Shown in pieces: positions 11,101 through 20,300 of a stretch of DNA of 64,000 nucleotides (positions are counted from its first letter, which is position 1; each line of letters begins with the position of its first letter). The stretch covers positions 582 through 64,581 of the forward strand of contig JBDRCZ010000040.1 of assembly GCA_043821285.1 (NCBI GenBank), in the 5' to 3' direction. Both the position numbers and the translations under genes were made by a program. Source of the DNA: Candidatus Omnitrophota bacterium. GTDB lineage: Bacteria > Omnitrophota > Gorgyraeia > B26-G9 > JBDRCZ01. The notes beneath the pieces are model-generated. The model worked only from the letters and a program-made list of their open reading frames with translations. It ran no database searches and was not told the DNA's origin.

Positions 11101-13695
11101 TGGAGGTAGTCTTGTAAATTTCCATCTATGGCGTGCCCTTATCACAGCTCTTTCAGAAGCAAATACTAAAAATTCATAGATTGAATGGAATGTTCCGACA
11201 TATCGAGCATGTTGCAATAAAAATTCACTCATATCTGTCATAATATCAAGATAATACATCTTGTTTTTTCTCCATTCTCTCTGATTGAATAGCCACGACC
11301 CTCTGGCACGCCTAAGAATAAAATATCGCAGTGTTGATGGCTGTTCTGTAAGACCTTTGGAAATGTAAAGCATGCTCTCGGGTAAATCTCTCACTTTCCC
11401 TTTTGCTGGAAATTCTGTTGTAATATGAAATCCTTTTACATACGAGAGAACATCTAATAATTCTGTATCATTCTGTTCCCGGGCTTCTTCTCGCAACCTT
11501 TCAACTATAAATTCCGCCCGTTCCACTGGAGATTTAGAATAATATTCCCTATAATATGCACGCCTAAAAAGAAATGTTGTGGTTAATCTTATTGGCAAAA
11601 CCATAAGTGGTTCAAAAATTAACTGTTGTATAAAAACCATAGCAAGGTCTACTACTATCAAAAATAATAGCGGTCCGATAATCAAAAATTGAATCTCTTG
11701 AGGAAGATGCGGACAAACTACAAGTGCAGCTAAAAATAACGGTACAACTTGCACCCACAAGGGGAATGAACGTGCTATAGTAATAACAGCAGAAATAATA
11801 GCTCCCCCCAGCCAATTGCGGATGTTTGTAACAACATTACCTAACCTTACCAAAATAGGCAACGCTGTTTCACTATCTTTTACAAATTTACTACCCCACA
11901 CACCCAACCCCAGATAAATCCCTGCGCCAATAATCGTTATAAGGAATGACAATGGAAAGAGTTCAATTTTATTAAAAATCAAACCTATTTGATTCACAAT
12001 CAACCCAATACTTATTATTGCCAGTGGCAAAGCAGTAAATCCTTTAGCCGAAAGTTCATCATCTCTTGGGAAAAACACATTCCACATCTCATATAAATTC
12101 AGGGATAATTTAACTATGCCTTGACGTAGTGCTGGAAGGTTGTTAACAGCTTGACTGTAGCTAATGCGACCTTCTTTTGTCCATGAAGGACCAACTTCAC
12201 CGTCAGCAAGCGGCAGGCGCCATGCCTTATAATAACCATAAGCCAATACTCCGGAGATGATCATCCCCAAGAGCGCTGGCAAATTCATTACTAATACTGC
12301 AGAAAGCTGGGCTAAGATAAAATCACCACTAGCAAATCCCATCCCACTGGCAAAGAAATTCCATAGGCCCACACCCAGTATAATACCTGTCAAGACTGAA
12401 TAAGCGGCAAAAAAACCCCTCGCCCATTCTTTGGTAAGGGGCAAACGCGTTGACTTAGGAGTACGTTGCTCACTTTGTTTACCCCAATAAGCTTTGCTTA
12501 ATGTATCAAAAAATTTGTACCCCACTCCTACTGGTACTGCAAGGAAGGTTAGCACTGTTGCTCCCCATTGCTCTTGTAGTTGTTTTTGTGCTTCAGACGC
12601 TTCTGTTGAGTCACCCCAGACATTACATAACAGTATCTTAATGCTTACTAATCTCGCTATGTTCGCTGGTGGCTCAATAGTACCTTGGTTGTCTCCTTCT
12701 TTCTCAATTGCTTTATCAATCATCTCCTTTGTCACTACTGCCGCTAATTTAGCTGAAACAATTTCAGGATAATTTTTACCCAGGTTCATAAGCCGCGTAG
12801 AAACTCTCAGCTTATCTTCGTTAACTTCTTCTATGTCTTCTTCCCTATATTCCTCGCTATCTTCTTCTGTATCTTTTGGCGTAAGTGTTTCTATGTCCTG
12901 ATAAATCTCAATGCCTTGAAAATACGCTCTCAATCTGATAATTAATTCCTCCTGAGCCTCTTGTAAATCCGCTGCCCCCAGAGTAAATCCATACATTTCC
13001 ATAATCCTCTTTTTATAAGCTTTTGTCTTAGGATCAACTTCTATTTCTTTAATTGGCACCAGAACCGTAGAGTCAGTTTTTTTACTAACCTCTCTTCCTT
13101 GTAAAAGCGGCATCACGTCCATCTCTAAAGCAGCACTAAGAGTATTGGCAATAAGTTCTATAGTTTCTATGCGCGGGTTATATGTTTTTCCTCTTTCGAT
13201 TTCTGAAATCACTCCCTGATTCAATCCTAAATCTCCTTGATTCAATCCAGCCCCTTGTCGTAAAATCCGGATAGCTTCTCCAACTGTGTATCCATCACCT
13301 GGTCCAAGTTCTTTAATAACTGGATCCTTGCCCCTCTCAGAAACAACAAACACTCGATTATTACCATTATCATTAATTATAATAAAAAGCCTTCTCTTAT
13401 CTATTACGGCTGCTTTTGAATAAGTAATACCATGCCGATCTAATACTTGCCCGGGATTTATATCTTCCGTTATCCGCATAATTTGTCTAACCTCTCTATA
13501 TGCCCGGCGTAAATCTATAATAAGCCCCACGTCTTTTGCAAAATCAGCACCAGAGATATTTATCGCCGGCGCCAAATGAGCAGACAATCCCTTCAGATTG
13601 CCACCTGCAGCCCAGGAGATGTCTAAGCAGAAAAAGGCTTGGATCAGTACGATAGATATTAATTTGAATAATATGTGTTGTTTTAGCTTACTCAT
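5110..13695 (-). CDS. Giant membrane protein (2861 aa) with the shared leader, a multipass TM block (aa ~400-720), and a large C-terminal region holding a PEP-synthase/PPDK-like ATP-binding motif and a phosphohistidine-like mobile-domain motif. Ends in SAI.
   Basis: ORF track. N-terminus is MSKLKQHILFKLISIVLIQAFFCLDISWAAGGNLKG. Long hydrophobic stretches. The motif GLNLVWMTEQGIPVPPGVVIS resembles the PPDK_N G-x-P-V-P-x-G-F-x-I motif. The motif VAQIISVHAETLAQTYGITAVYGV resembles the PEP-utilizing mobile domain. GAGG ribosome-binding site 9 nt upstream of the ATG. Confidence 0.85.
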   Translation of the reverse strand: MSKLKQHILFKLISIVLIQAFFCLDISWAAGGNLKGLSAHLAPAINISGADFAKDVGLIIDLRRAYREVRQIMRITEDINPGQVLDRHGITYSKAAVIDKRRLFIIINDNGNNRVFVVSERGKDPVIKELGPGDGYTVGEAIRILRQGAGLNQGDLGLNQGVISEIERGKTYNPRIETIELIANTLSAALEMDVMPLLQGREVSKKTDSTVLVPIKEIEVDPKTKAYKKRIMEMYGFTLGAADLQEAQEELIIRLRAYFQGIEIYQDIETLTPKDTEEDSEEYREEDIEEVNEDKLRVSTRLMNLGKNYPEIVSAKLAAVVTKEMIDKAIEKEGDNQGTIEPPANIARLVSIKILLCNVWGDSTEASEAQKQLQEQWGATVLTFLAVPVGVGYKFFDTLSKAYWGKQSEQRTPKSTRLPLTKEWARGFFAAYSVLTGIILGVGLWNFFASGMGFASGDFILAQLSAVLVMNLPALLGMIISGVLAYGYYKAWRLPLADGEVGPSWTKEGRISYSQAVNNLPALRQGIVKLSLNLYEMWNVFFPRDDELSAKGFTALPLAIISIGLIVNQIGLIFNKIELFPLSFLITIIGAGIYLGLGVWGSKFVKDSETALPILVRLGNVVTNIRNWLGGAIISAVITIARSFPLWVQVVPLFLAALVVCPHLPQEIQFLIIGPLLFLIVVDLAMVFIQQLIFEPLMVLPIRLTTTFLFRRAYYREYYSKSPVERAEFIVERLREEAREQNDTELLDVLSYVKGFHITTEFPAKGKVRDLPESMLYISKGLTEQPSTLRYFILRRARGSWLFNQREWRKNKMYYLDIMTDMSEFLLQHARYVGTFHSIYEFLVFASERAVIRARHRWKFTRLPPLSRFGIHVVHLPFSERQNFLLFLRILLLGFREPFETIYTIEEAKQEAIEQMQRGENYTPQRFAGEFYFSHEFAAELLREIIDAHPELRGHIFDIQGNKIAPNAQTDNHGFVQSRGGEAPGELATIRKEQRGKLTPVDIANFDEIIEYIRSKIEEFETNIPQAQTAWERENLPKYLDQAKTGLEHLEELYENNALFSFPAIVYTKEDFALAYGDENEIGAAGEFISTMPMELLAELFFHEAICYKAGHQAARQIQQYIFRENYYRDAEGVLWKSRLQIFLREFIDQMARTKNGVDYLEIIQAVLGEDSGVIPVFTDKSDYPAECENRQWQWQGKMQEMLRADQTFVFYGQFETIGNAANQFDSAEEEIKSKRHFKVLLDKEQGLVGAWDVPEDLNEKIRSIIQDIDYPVLVDIAPFVISVRLYEAGYSPIEGVLKKIIQQTTPICSFEELGSVIQTYNQRWDRLSKLNDRMDEMKSEENYFLKEQLGVDASDIHSIFGLLLPETLKNYLRRFVLETDIDTGIMLLRLGEIFVEGVEDMFWEFYLDANNTKEENERFLEVLAALLFNSNIDTFRTIARIFREKDIEKTYKAMDVLFRLRIGRKNLALLFSLLENVRYKKEAVASFCLLQANLVGIEAEPLWRREDSHLLQLLSGRGPTINLLTPESQNIYYYLLKMEERRKKGGVTNAAIDNRIVRNTIMLDSGAGYAGEYGRTWFSLLRNRIHHAGSSRDRRTIKTVLYFWKALNEDMIRDSKDELIANLKKDIGAEKTRTYSEIINQMLNKLLENGQIKSLAGDSFLAEILNMSEEDVIKALHEANPDAQASDLEKVEYMIRLYYALSERYGVVAAAIVPKIKGEIGAENEREGRKKNMLELTSFMQQEYAQLISVIDTDGHKAVLSAIAECRRAIRQHLLFDRNDRLENKEELMKLDYNMFMLGKEMIVRGLEEINQCQDMEDLKEYVPSLVSMAKFMHASGLGGIDFAQFIEELEHGRMKYSQVHDLVRALRTEVHKINRKINENMRFAMGHFWDNLQLADLTQEWQDRIKTEKRIDEFGGESEVISEEGKEQAASEFIDGLIRDTGILAFDDALMRFNQILENELTLGNDEFIDGGDSTDEIVMEEQFFRFGQEEDVIPRERLLSLWSKKGLNLVWMTEQGIPVPPGVVISARLITRPEISKSEEFKEEVEGEIARLREYSKYPELKLLLYARNGSAFALPGLLVTIPNLGMNDKEAQELAEQTGDVWFAYDTYAEFIRAYAIHILGIPEEYFEEVLNIYEKDDMSGEEMIRVCERYKEIVSTHGKGAQIPEDMIVQVMLAIDTVYASWDSAEAQEYRARHRISQEWGSVVILQKGVFGNLSPTADGKISGAGAAALRILPDGREVVQGRFRFQSTGDQVMSRAGQNYVLLSNTERVFEHEQTLEELQPEIYQEILAYAYQLKEIFGNNQHFEFTVELGKLWLTQTNDDIIQDDYPEFVDSPDYEPIARGHGVSGGAFRGWVANSAEAAEELLEKYEREQPEDVDGVILFLDRVNPQMINRIPRGVHIVAQIISVHAETLAQTYGITAVYGVANMKFYDEEERKGWYLGEHKMEDGRVISIDGHENQLVYHNSGKIYLGSVPLAESLDGQAEPEQRTPRALRGISALRDQKQWEAAMASRASRITAFEREILAMFERFLRGEAERGEIMRYLINYRVILDKIVRYCEDLNFEVYGEEFKTALEIKLAELGISFELFINLNSNYYSRGQEHREILRRIIHCLNYRPLSDDLLDQIVVYNKHGQPRVIREEELYQRMPQTGNYFIIHPPQQDIKLVSFEFEEVLEKVLQGYGIEGLLELFKNLKSMGLRVAITIRNPNVLRWFSNVKNKHPEIAEYVDYCYKDVLNGPLLQRYVEELGLLPGQIMHFGNSWKIYSSSNSHAAEMHSRGFVSVLVPLAGGVFLRSDVLEKKVDAFVFGLWQPQDILDIVEAWVNVSPQQWEGVLAGPVEELGLKQIVELGLVESAI

Positions 13696-14074
13696 ATGTT
13701 AATGCCTCATTACTTAATTTCAAATGCCAAATGCCAAAATCCCCGCCACAAAGTCGAAGATCCGCCAACGCTTTGTAGTGGACATCGGCGGACGGGCAAA
13801 TTCCAAATGACAAATGAATCATCCAATAAACAAATATTTTAATTTTAATTTCTAATTAACCTAATACTTCTCGTATCGAGTATTGAGTTTTTTATTGTAG
13901 TTTTTTTATGCTCAATACGCAATACACATTACTAATTAAATCCTCGATACCCAATGCGTAGTTTTAAAGTCTTTCTCCGTGTCCTCTGTGCGCTCTGTGG
14001 TAAAATTTTATTTTTTTCGTGTATTTCGTGGTTGAAAATAAATTTTGATTTTTGAAGTTTGGATTTTGGATTTA
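13696..14074 (-). repeat. Conserved intergenic module with the heptamer hairpin, a GC-rich small hairpin, the CACNGAG x3 repeat and the TTTCGTG x2 element.
   Basis: Shares long nucleotide stretches with 21869..22424 and 27615..27965. Confidence 0.8.
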
Positions 14075-17000
14075 TCAAATCGCCCTCTCTACCTCTTCCA
14101 ACCTACTTACCTGCATAGCGTCGAGTACTTCCGTAGAAAATAGAGTATCATTATATAGTGATTCTTTTGGCATAGTTAATAGCAGTACTTCCTCCAATAA
14201 TTGTTGTGTCTTACCCTTACTATCTCTATAATCAACTCCATCAATTATCTCTCCCAGTGCCACAACTGTTTCGTCCAGAAGAGCCCTTACCTCACCGATA
14301 AAAACCGGGTTCTTCTGGCGTTCCTGCTCAAGAAGTATCAAAGTTGGCTTTATCGGTTCCCAGTCTGCTTCGTAACGATCTGGCCAGCCCCCCAGTGAGC
14401 GTGATTCTTTTAAAAACCATCTCACATCAAGCGCACTTTCAAGGTTATGCTTTCTGAAAATTTCCCTTAAACTATTTTGAAAATAATCCCATACTATTGC
14501 TGCCTGCTGCGTTTTATCATTTGATTCAATCATCCCTTCTTTAGAAGCAAGTGCCCAGCATAAACGCTGCCAAGCTCTGGACTCAAAGAAAAGCCTTCCT
14601 GTTTCCTTAAATTCCTCTTCTGCTTTATTTAGCTGTTCCTCCTCTAAATAGATTCCCTGAAATTGCATTTTTATAAACTGCTCTAAATATTGCATGTATA
14701 CTATTGCATGACGATTAAGATAATCTGTTCTGCCTTCAAGCTGAGGTGCCCCATGGATATGTTCCACAACTCCTCCACCATGTACCAAAGGTGCACTTTT
14801 ACCCCAGGTAGTCTCAAATGGGCCTTCTTTCCAATCATCATGTGCATAAGGAGATGTGGCAAGAAGGGCTATGGCAATATGTTTTGCTTCATCAGGTAAT
14901 CTGCCTTGCACAGTCATCATATCTGTATAATATTCTCCCTCTTCACCAAGAAGCCCTAATTGTCTAAGATGCACAAGTATATACGACAGTGTATCCGCGG
15001 CACGGCTAGGAGGAACAATAATATGTTCTCTCTCTAAAACTGTTCCTCGATTACGCACGTCAAAACCAAGGAGACGATACATCTTGTTTTTAGACATACT
15101 AAATGGAAACTGCGGGTAGACTTTTCGCCCCACAGGTTGTAGATCTCTACTTCTCTCTTCTCGGTTAAGAATAAGTTCAACTACTTCTTTTTTAATTCTT
15201 TGGCGTAAGGCATCTTTATTTTCTAAAATATCTGTAACCTTCTTTCCTTCTTCCAGTTGTTCTAATATCCTTACCACTGCTCCAAGCTTTATCGCCATTT
15301 TTGCACCTGGGGATATATCTTGAGGAAATTCTTTGTCTAATCTAAGGCTGTCGGCAATCATCACAGCACGAAAATAAGAGTCGATCGAGGGGATCTGCTC
15401 AATCCAATCTTCTATAGGAACCAAGCACGCTTTAAAAAATGCAGCAAGAAAAGCAATGCACCATAATAGCCCAAAATTAAGGCTCTGATCATAGAGTGAT
15501 GCTCCAGGCAAAAGTAAAGATAGCGCTAATATACTAACAATAAATAGCGCACAGTGACGAAAAATTCTTATATTTTCAACTCCTTGTTTTTTAAGTAATT
15601 GGGAACTTTCTCTTAGAATATATCTTATCGTTAAGTCCACTATGCTCATCCCTTCTTTTAGTCCTCTGTTCTGAATTTCTTTAGTAAAACTCCAGAAATT
15701 TCGAAAATACGGTTTTAGCAATAACCTATTGAAAATAAAACTCCAAAGTTTCCATGTGGAATTTATAGATAGAAGTACATTAACACAAAGAAATATCATA
15801 AGTAGCACTAAGTATTCCGTCCAGTCACAACTAGCAATAACCTTAAGCATAACAGGGCCCCATTCACTAAATAAAACCACTATACTTAAAACTAAAAGAC
15901 TACCATAAGCGAATAATATTTCTATATCTGCCTTAACTTCATTTTCTGTTTTTAACACTAAATGGCTTAGTTCATGCGGCAGGACAAACCAGTAGGATAT
16001 CTTTATGGCAATTGTGGCACTAATGCTTATAATTGTCTGTAGATAAAAAGGTAAAGAAGAACGCTTGAGTCTTTTCTGGACTTTTTCTATATATTCATCT
16101 GTGTTATTAATAATTCTGTTAGTATTCGGGTCAAATTCAGCTAAAGGATTAAATCCAGTTATTATGGCAATCCCAGAGATAATCGCAGAAACAAGTGGAA
16201 TAAGTATAAACACTGTTAAAAATGCTCCAGCCAAGATACCCGCAAACATATTCGTAGCAAAAACAGGCCAAAACCCGGTTAAAACACTATATCCCCCAAC
16301 CGCCCCACTCATCAAAAACGCAGCCACGGATGTCCAAAATTGGTGTTTCGGGGTTATGGGAAGTTTATCAGATACTAACACCTTTTCTGGTAATATTCTA
16401 TGGAATAATCCTGCAATATATGCTGCAACTAAAGAATCCTCTACAGATTTTATCCGATTAGCATTCGCTAAGTATTGTGTCCAAGATATTTTCTCTTGCA
16501 ATAAAGCTATTGCTTGTTCTAACATACTAATTGCAAATTCAACCCTTTTAACGCTAATTTTGTCCTGTTCTTCACGGAAATGATTTAGTCCCGGGAACCG
16601 TACCTTACGTGATCTATTACCAGGATTACCAACAGCATCTAATAAGCTCTCTACATAATTATAAACGCTACTAAGTTCTATATGTATCCTATTTAAGTCT
16701 CCATAAAGCAATTCACTATGCTCATGGACCATAACTTCTATTCTTTTTAGCCGTTCCAGAATAGGATGCAATGCACTTAGCGAAACATCATATATAACCT
16801 CATTCTTATAATTTGTCCCTTTTATCCTATCCAAATCTCCCTTCGCAATTGCAAGGTTTGATAGCACCGCTCGAAGCCGCTTTATATTATTCTTAAACCC
16901 CGGCACAGGATCAGGTTCATATATTCGTGTAAAGTATCCTAATAAATCCGGGCTACTTATCTCTAAAGCAGGTGCAAGATGAGTGTTTAAACTTTTTATA

Positions 17001-17098
17001 TCCCCACCCGCAGCCCAAGCAATATCTAAGCAGAAAAAGGCATTCACCAATATTACGGCGATTAGTTTAAATAATATGTTATGTTTTAGCTTGTACAT
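14075..17098 (-). CDS. Giant-family membrane protein (1007 aa) with the shared leader. An HExxH motif (LPHELSHLV) lies inside its TM block. C-terminus is EEVERAI.
   Basis: ORF track. N-terminus MYKLKHNILFKLIAVILVNAFFCLDIAWAAGGDIK. Multiple hydrophobic helices between aa ~240 and 470. Conserved C-terminal tail. Confidence 0.8.
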   Translation of the reverse strand: MYKLKHNILFKLIAVILVNAFFCLDIAWAAGGDIKSLNTHLAPALEISSPDLLGYFTRIYEPDPVPGFKNNIKRLRAVLSNLAIAKGDLDRIKGTNYKNEVIYDVSLSALHPILERLKRIEVMVHEHSELLYGDLNRIHIELSSVYNYVESLLDAVGNPGNRSRKVRFPGLNHFREEQDKISVKRVEFAISMLEQAIALLQEKISWTQYLANANRIKSVEDSLVAAYIAGLFHRILPEKVLVSDKLPITPKHQFWTSVAAFLMSGAVGGYSVLTGFWPVFATNMFAGILAGAFLTVFILIPLVSAIISGIAIITGFNPLAEFDPNTNRIINNTDEYIEKVQKRLKRSSLPFYLQTIISISATIAIKISYWFVLPHELSHLVLKTENEVKADIEILFAYGSLLVLSIVVLFSEWGPVMLKVIASCDWTEYLVLLMIFLCVNVLLSINSTWKLWSFIFNRLLLKPYFRNFWSFTKEIQNRGLKEGMSIVDLTIRYILRESSQLLKKQGVENIRIFRHCALFIVSILALSLLLPGASLYDQSLNFGLLWCIAFLAAFFKACLVPIEDWIEQIPSIDSYFRAVMIADSLRLDKEFPQDISPGAKMAIKLGAVVRILEQLEEGKKVTDILENKDALRQRIKKEVVELILNREERSRDLQPVGRKVYPQFPFSMSKNKMYRLLGFDVRNRGTVLEREHIIVPPSRAADTLSYILVHLRQLGLLGEEGEYYTDMMTVQGRLPDEAKHIAIALLATSPYAHDDWKEGPFETTWGKSAPLVHGGGVVEHIHGAPQLEGRTDYLNRHAIVYMQYLEQFIKMQFQGIYLEEEQLNKAEEEFKETGRLFFESRAWQRLCWALASKEGMIESNDKTQQAAIVWDYFQNSLREIFRKHNLESALDVRWFLKESRSLGGWPDRYEADWEPIKPTLILLEQERQKNPVFIGEVRALLDETVVALGEIIDGVDYRDSKGKTQQLLEEVLLLTMPKESLYNDTLFSTEVLDAMQVSRLEEVERAI

Positions 17099-17341
17099 AT
17101 CTCACCAAATATATTCATGAATTTCTAATTAACCTAATTGCTATTTCTCGTATTGAGTATTGCGTATCGAGTATTACGGTTTTTAAATTCGCAGTGATTA
17201 GTATATTTCACTCTTTGCCCCATGTCCTTTGCTTTCTGTTTTTAACATTTTGATTTTTGATTTTTTTCTGTCATCTGTTTGCTGTCTTTTAACTTCGGTT
17301 TCTTACACTAAATACGCAATACACAATACTCACAACGGTAA
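17099..17341 (-). repeat. Conserved intergenic module (a divergent copy).
   Basis: Contains attgagtattgcgtatcgagtattacgg and aaatacgcaatacacaatactcacaacggtaactaaatcgccc. Confidence 0.7.
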
Positions 17342-20300
17342 CTAAATCGCCCTCTCCACTTCTAACACCCGTTCTATCAGTAATGCAGAAAGTGTGTTTG
17401 CTGTAGTCACTTGCGCTGCCAGTATTCCTTTTTCTTCTAATGCTTGAGCTCTCTTTTGCGGAGATGGTTTTTTATAAACTATCAGAGTTACTAAACCGAT
17501 ATTTGCCTCAGTAAAATACGTTCCTTCCATCGGAGGCAAATAATCAGGAGGATTATTTAAGTCAACTACTTCTACAGTTTCTTCATTTAGTCCTTTTGCT
17601 CCAAATCCTTCTAAAATCTTCATTGCAGGCTCATGATACCGTGATGTTAAAGCTTCTAAGGTAACTCTATCAGCTAAATTAGTAACAACACTTACAATTC
17701 CACCTTCATTTAATAATTCACCTATTTTTTCTCCAATTGCTTTAGATAGTATATTCCTTAAGTCAGGAGCTAACATTACTATTTCATCAAACTTAAATTC
17801 TTGAGGCAAATCCTGTAAAGACATATTTAAAATTAAAATATTTGAAAATCTCTCATTTTCAATCACTTTTGAAAAATAATTAAATTTATCTGGATGCCAT
17901 TCCACCCCTATTAAAAGCACATCTTCTCCTTGTTCACTTGCAATAGCTGCCCTATTTAAAAGATACCCGCCCAATCCTGACCCAACATCAAGTATTATTT
18001 TTACTGGTTCACCTGTTTGGATTTTTGTTCTAATACCATCACTAATTTCTCCGCTAACAATTTCCGGGTGTTGACTCCCTATCCCTTCAATTACATCCAA
18101 AATGCTAGAAGAAGCGGAGCATTGCTGCACTGATGCAGACGACGCATCATTAGTCCCAGTGGACGCGTCTGGCTCTTCATTCGCATCCGATTCTTCATCC
18201 AGTATTTGCTTCCGCGCCCGTACTAAAGTTTTTGCTCGAACAGTGCCTTCTCTGCTGTCCGGCCAATAACGCGGTATTTTTTCTATTCGTATATCTACAA
18301 AACCCGCCTCAGTTAAAAATGCTCTAACCCCTTTTTGCTCATATATTCTCCATAGTTCTGTCTTTTGAACTATTCTATTAAGATATTTATATTCTACTGA
18401 TTTTGGGGGTAATTCTATAGTTATATAAATTTCGCCTTGATCACGCAAAACCCGGTATATTTCACTAAGTAAATTTTCTACGTCTTCCCTCTCTTGTGTA
18501 CCCTCTTCATCCTTTTCACCTAAAAATTGAATGCATGGCGGCAATTCTGTAGCGATGTTATTTATGGTTACCGCATCAAAAGAACCATCTGCAAACGCTA
18601 ACATTTTCTCATCCATACGAACAAATTCTATGCCTTCTTCCCTATCACCTATCTCCTCAATATCTATTCCCACCAAACGCCCAATTCTTGGGTTGGCTTT
18701 TTTTAGGTTTGATAAAAAATTTCCTTTTCTTGTACCAATATCAAGCACATCTTTTCCCTCTTGAAAAATAATTTCATCCTTCCGCGGCTTTACACGTTTG
18801 TATATCCTGCGTAATAACACTGTTAGGGAACCACCCGTATCTTGTGTTGTTTGGGCAAGCAATTCTTCTCTGTTCACCTGCAGATATAACCACAACAGCA
18901 CGGCCTGAGTATCTGTATCAACCCACCAGCGCCGCTTAAGAGAATCTAATGTCCCTCTTTCATGAAAACTAATCTCTTCACCCATGGCAGCGGCTTTTAA
19001 TACTTTTTCTTCTTCCTGGGTTAATGGCCGCCTTGTTAACGCAGCTATTACTGGCAAGCGCCTTGCATTAAAGGCAATAAACGGGACTTGTCTGCTGCGT
19101 ATTGCTTCTAACACTATACGGATGGGACTATCTAATGCTAAATATTCCTTGAGTGCTTCAATTTCTGATTGAAGGTCCTCCTCTTGAATGGGGCCGCCCT
19201 CCTCCCATTCAAGGATTCGAGCAATATCTTCATCAGGATAGGCCAAAACCCTAAGCAATTGGATTTGCACTGGGTTAAGATTTTTAATCTCGTTTTTAAG
19301 CTGAGGAAGTATTTCATTTATCATACTGCACAGTTCATCAGTGGAGTTAATTTCTATTTTAATCAGCCATTGGCTATATAGGATTTGATATGCTCTGCAG
19401 CAAATATATGGAATGCCAATAAAAATGATAAGTATAATATAACCTGTTGCTATTAACGGAGCACATAGCACGGCGATAATATCTTTAACTGGGAATATTA
19501 GTAGCCATCCCGTCACTAGCGCTCTAAATATCAGCCTCGCAATATTCCTGTATAGATGGAGATCTGTATTCAATCTAAACTTTGCATCAATCCGTTTCCG
19601 CATGGCCTCTGCGATAGGGGCGTCAAATTGGCTTATTACTTCATTGCATCTGTCTTGGTGTAGGTGCCCAATTCGAACCACCTGCTCCAACACCCGCTTC
19701 AATGCTTCCTTGAAATACAGCACTTCCTCTGCTGAAAAACCAAGCGTATTAACCATGTAATCATAACTGATAGTTCCCCGAAAATAGAAGATAAGATTTA
19801 ATTCCTCTATTTCTTTACCTCTTTTCTCTAAATCATCCAGATGCTCTGATAATTTATTAAGGCCATTTTCAAAAGTATCTCTGTGCCTTAATAATCTATT
19901 TATCTCTTGTTCTGGTGTCTCTTGCACTATTCGAGGTGTTTGAATTGTCTTAAGCAAGCTTTGCCATCTTGTTTTGACAGGAGTAGACATCTCTGTTGGT
20001 TCTGACCGAGCTTGTGTACCCACTATTCTGTAATAATGCCTTTTTGTCCTTTGCTGTTTTGCCCACAGTATTAGTTTTTTTCGTCTCTTCCATAAACTAC
20101 TCACCACAGCATGCGGTACAGTAAATAGTACTATCATACCTGCCCCTGTTTGTATCGTTTGTATCACCCCCCCATTTACTGGATTAGCAATGCACAAAAT
20201 AGGCACGGTAATTACCACGGTTAACACACTAATTACAAAAAGTTGTTTTTCCAATGCACTGCGTAAATGTAAAGCCTGCCAGCAAAACTGGAAACCAGCA

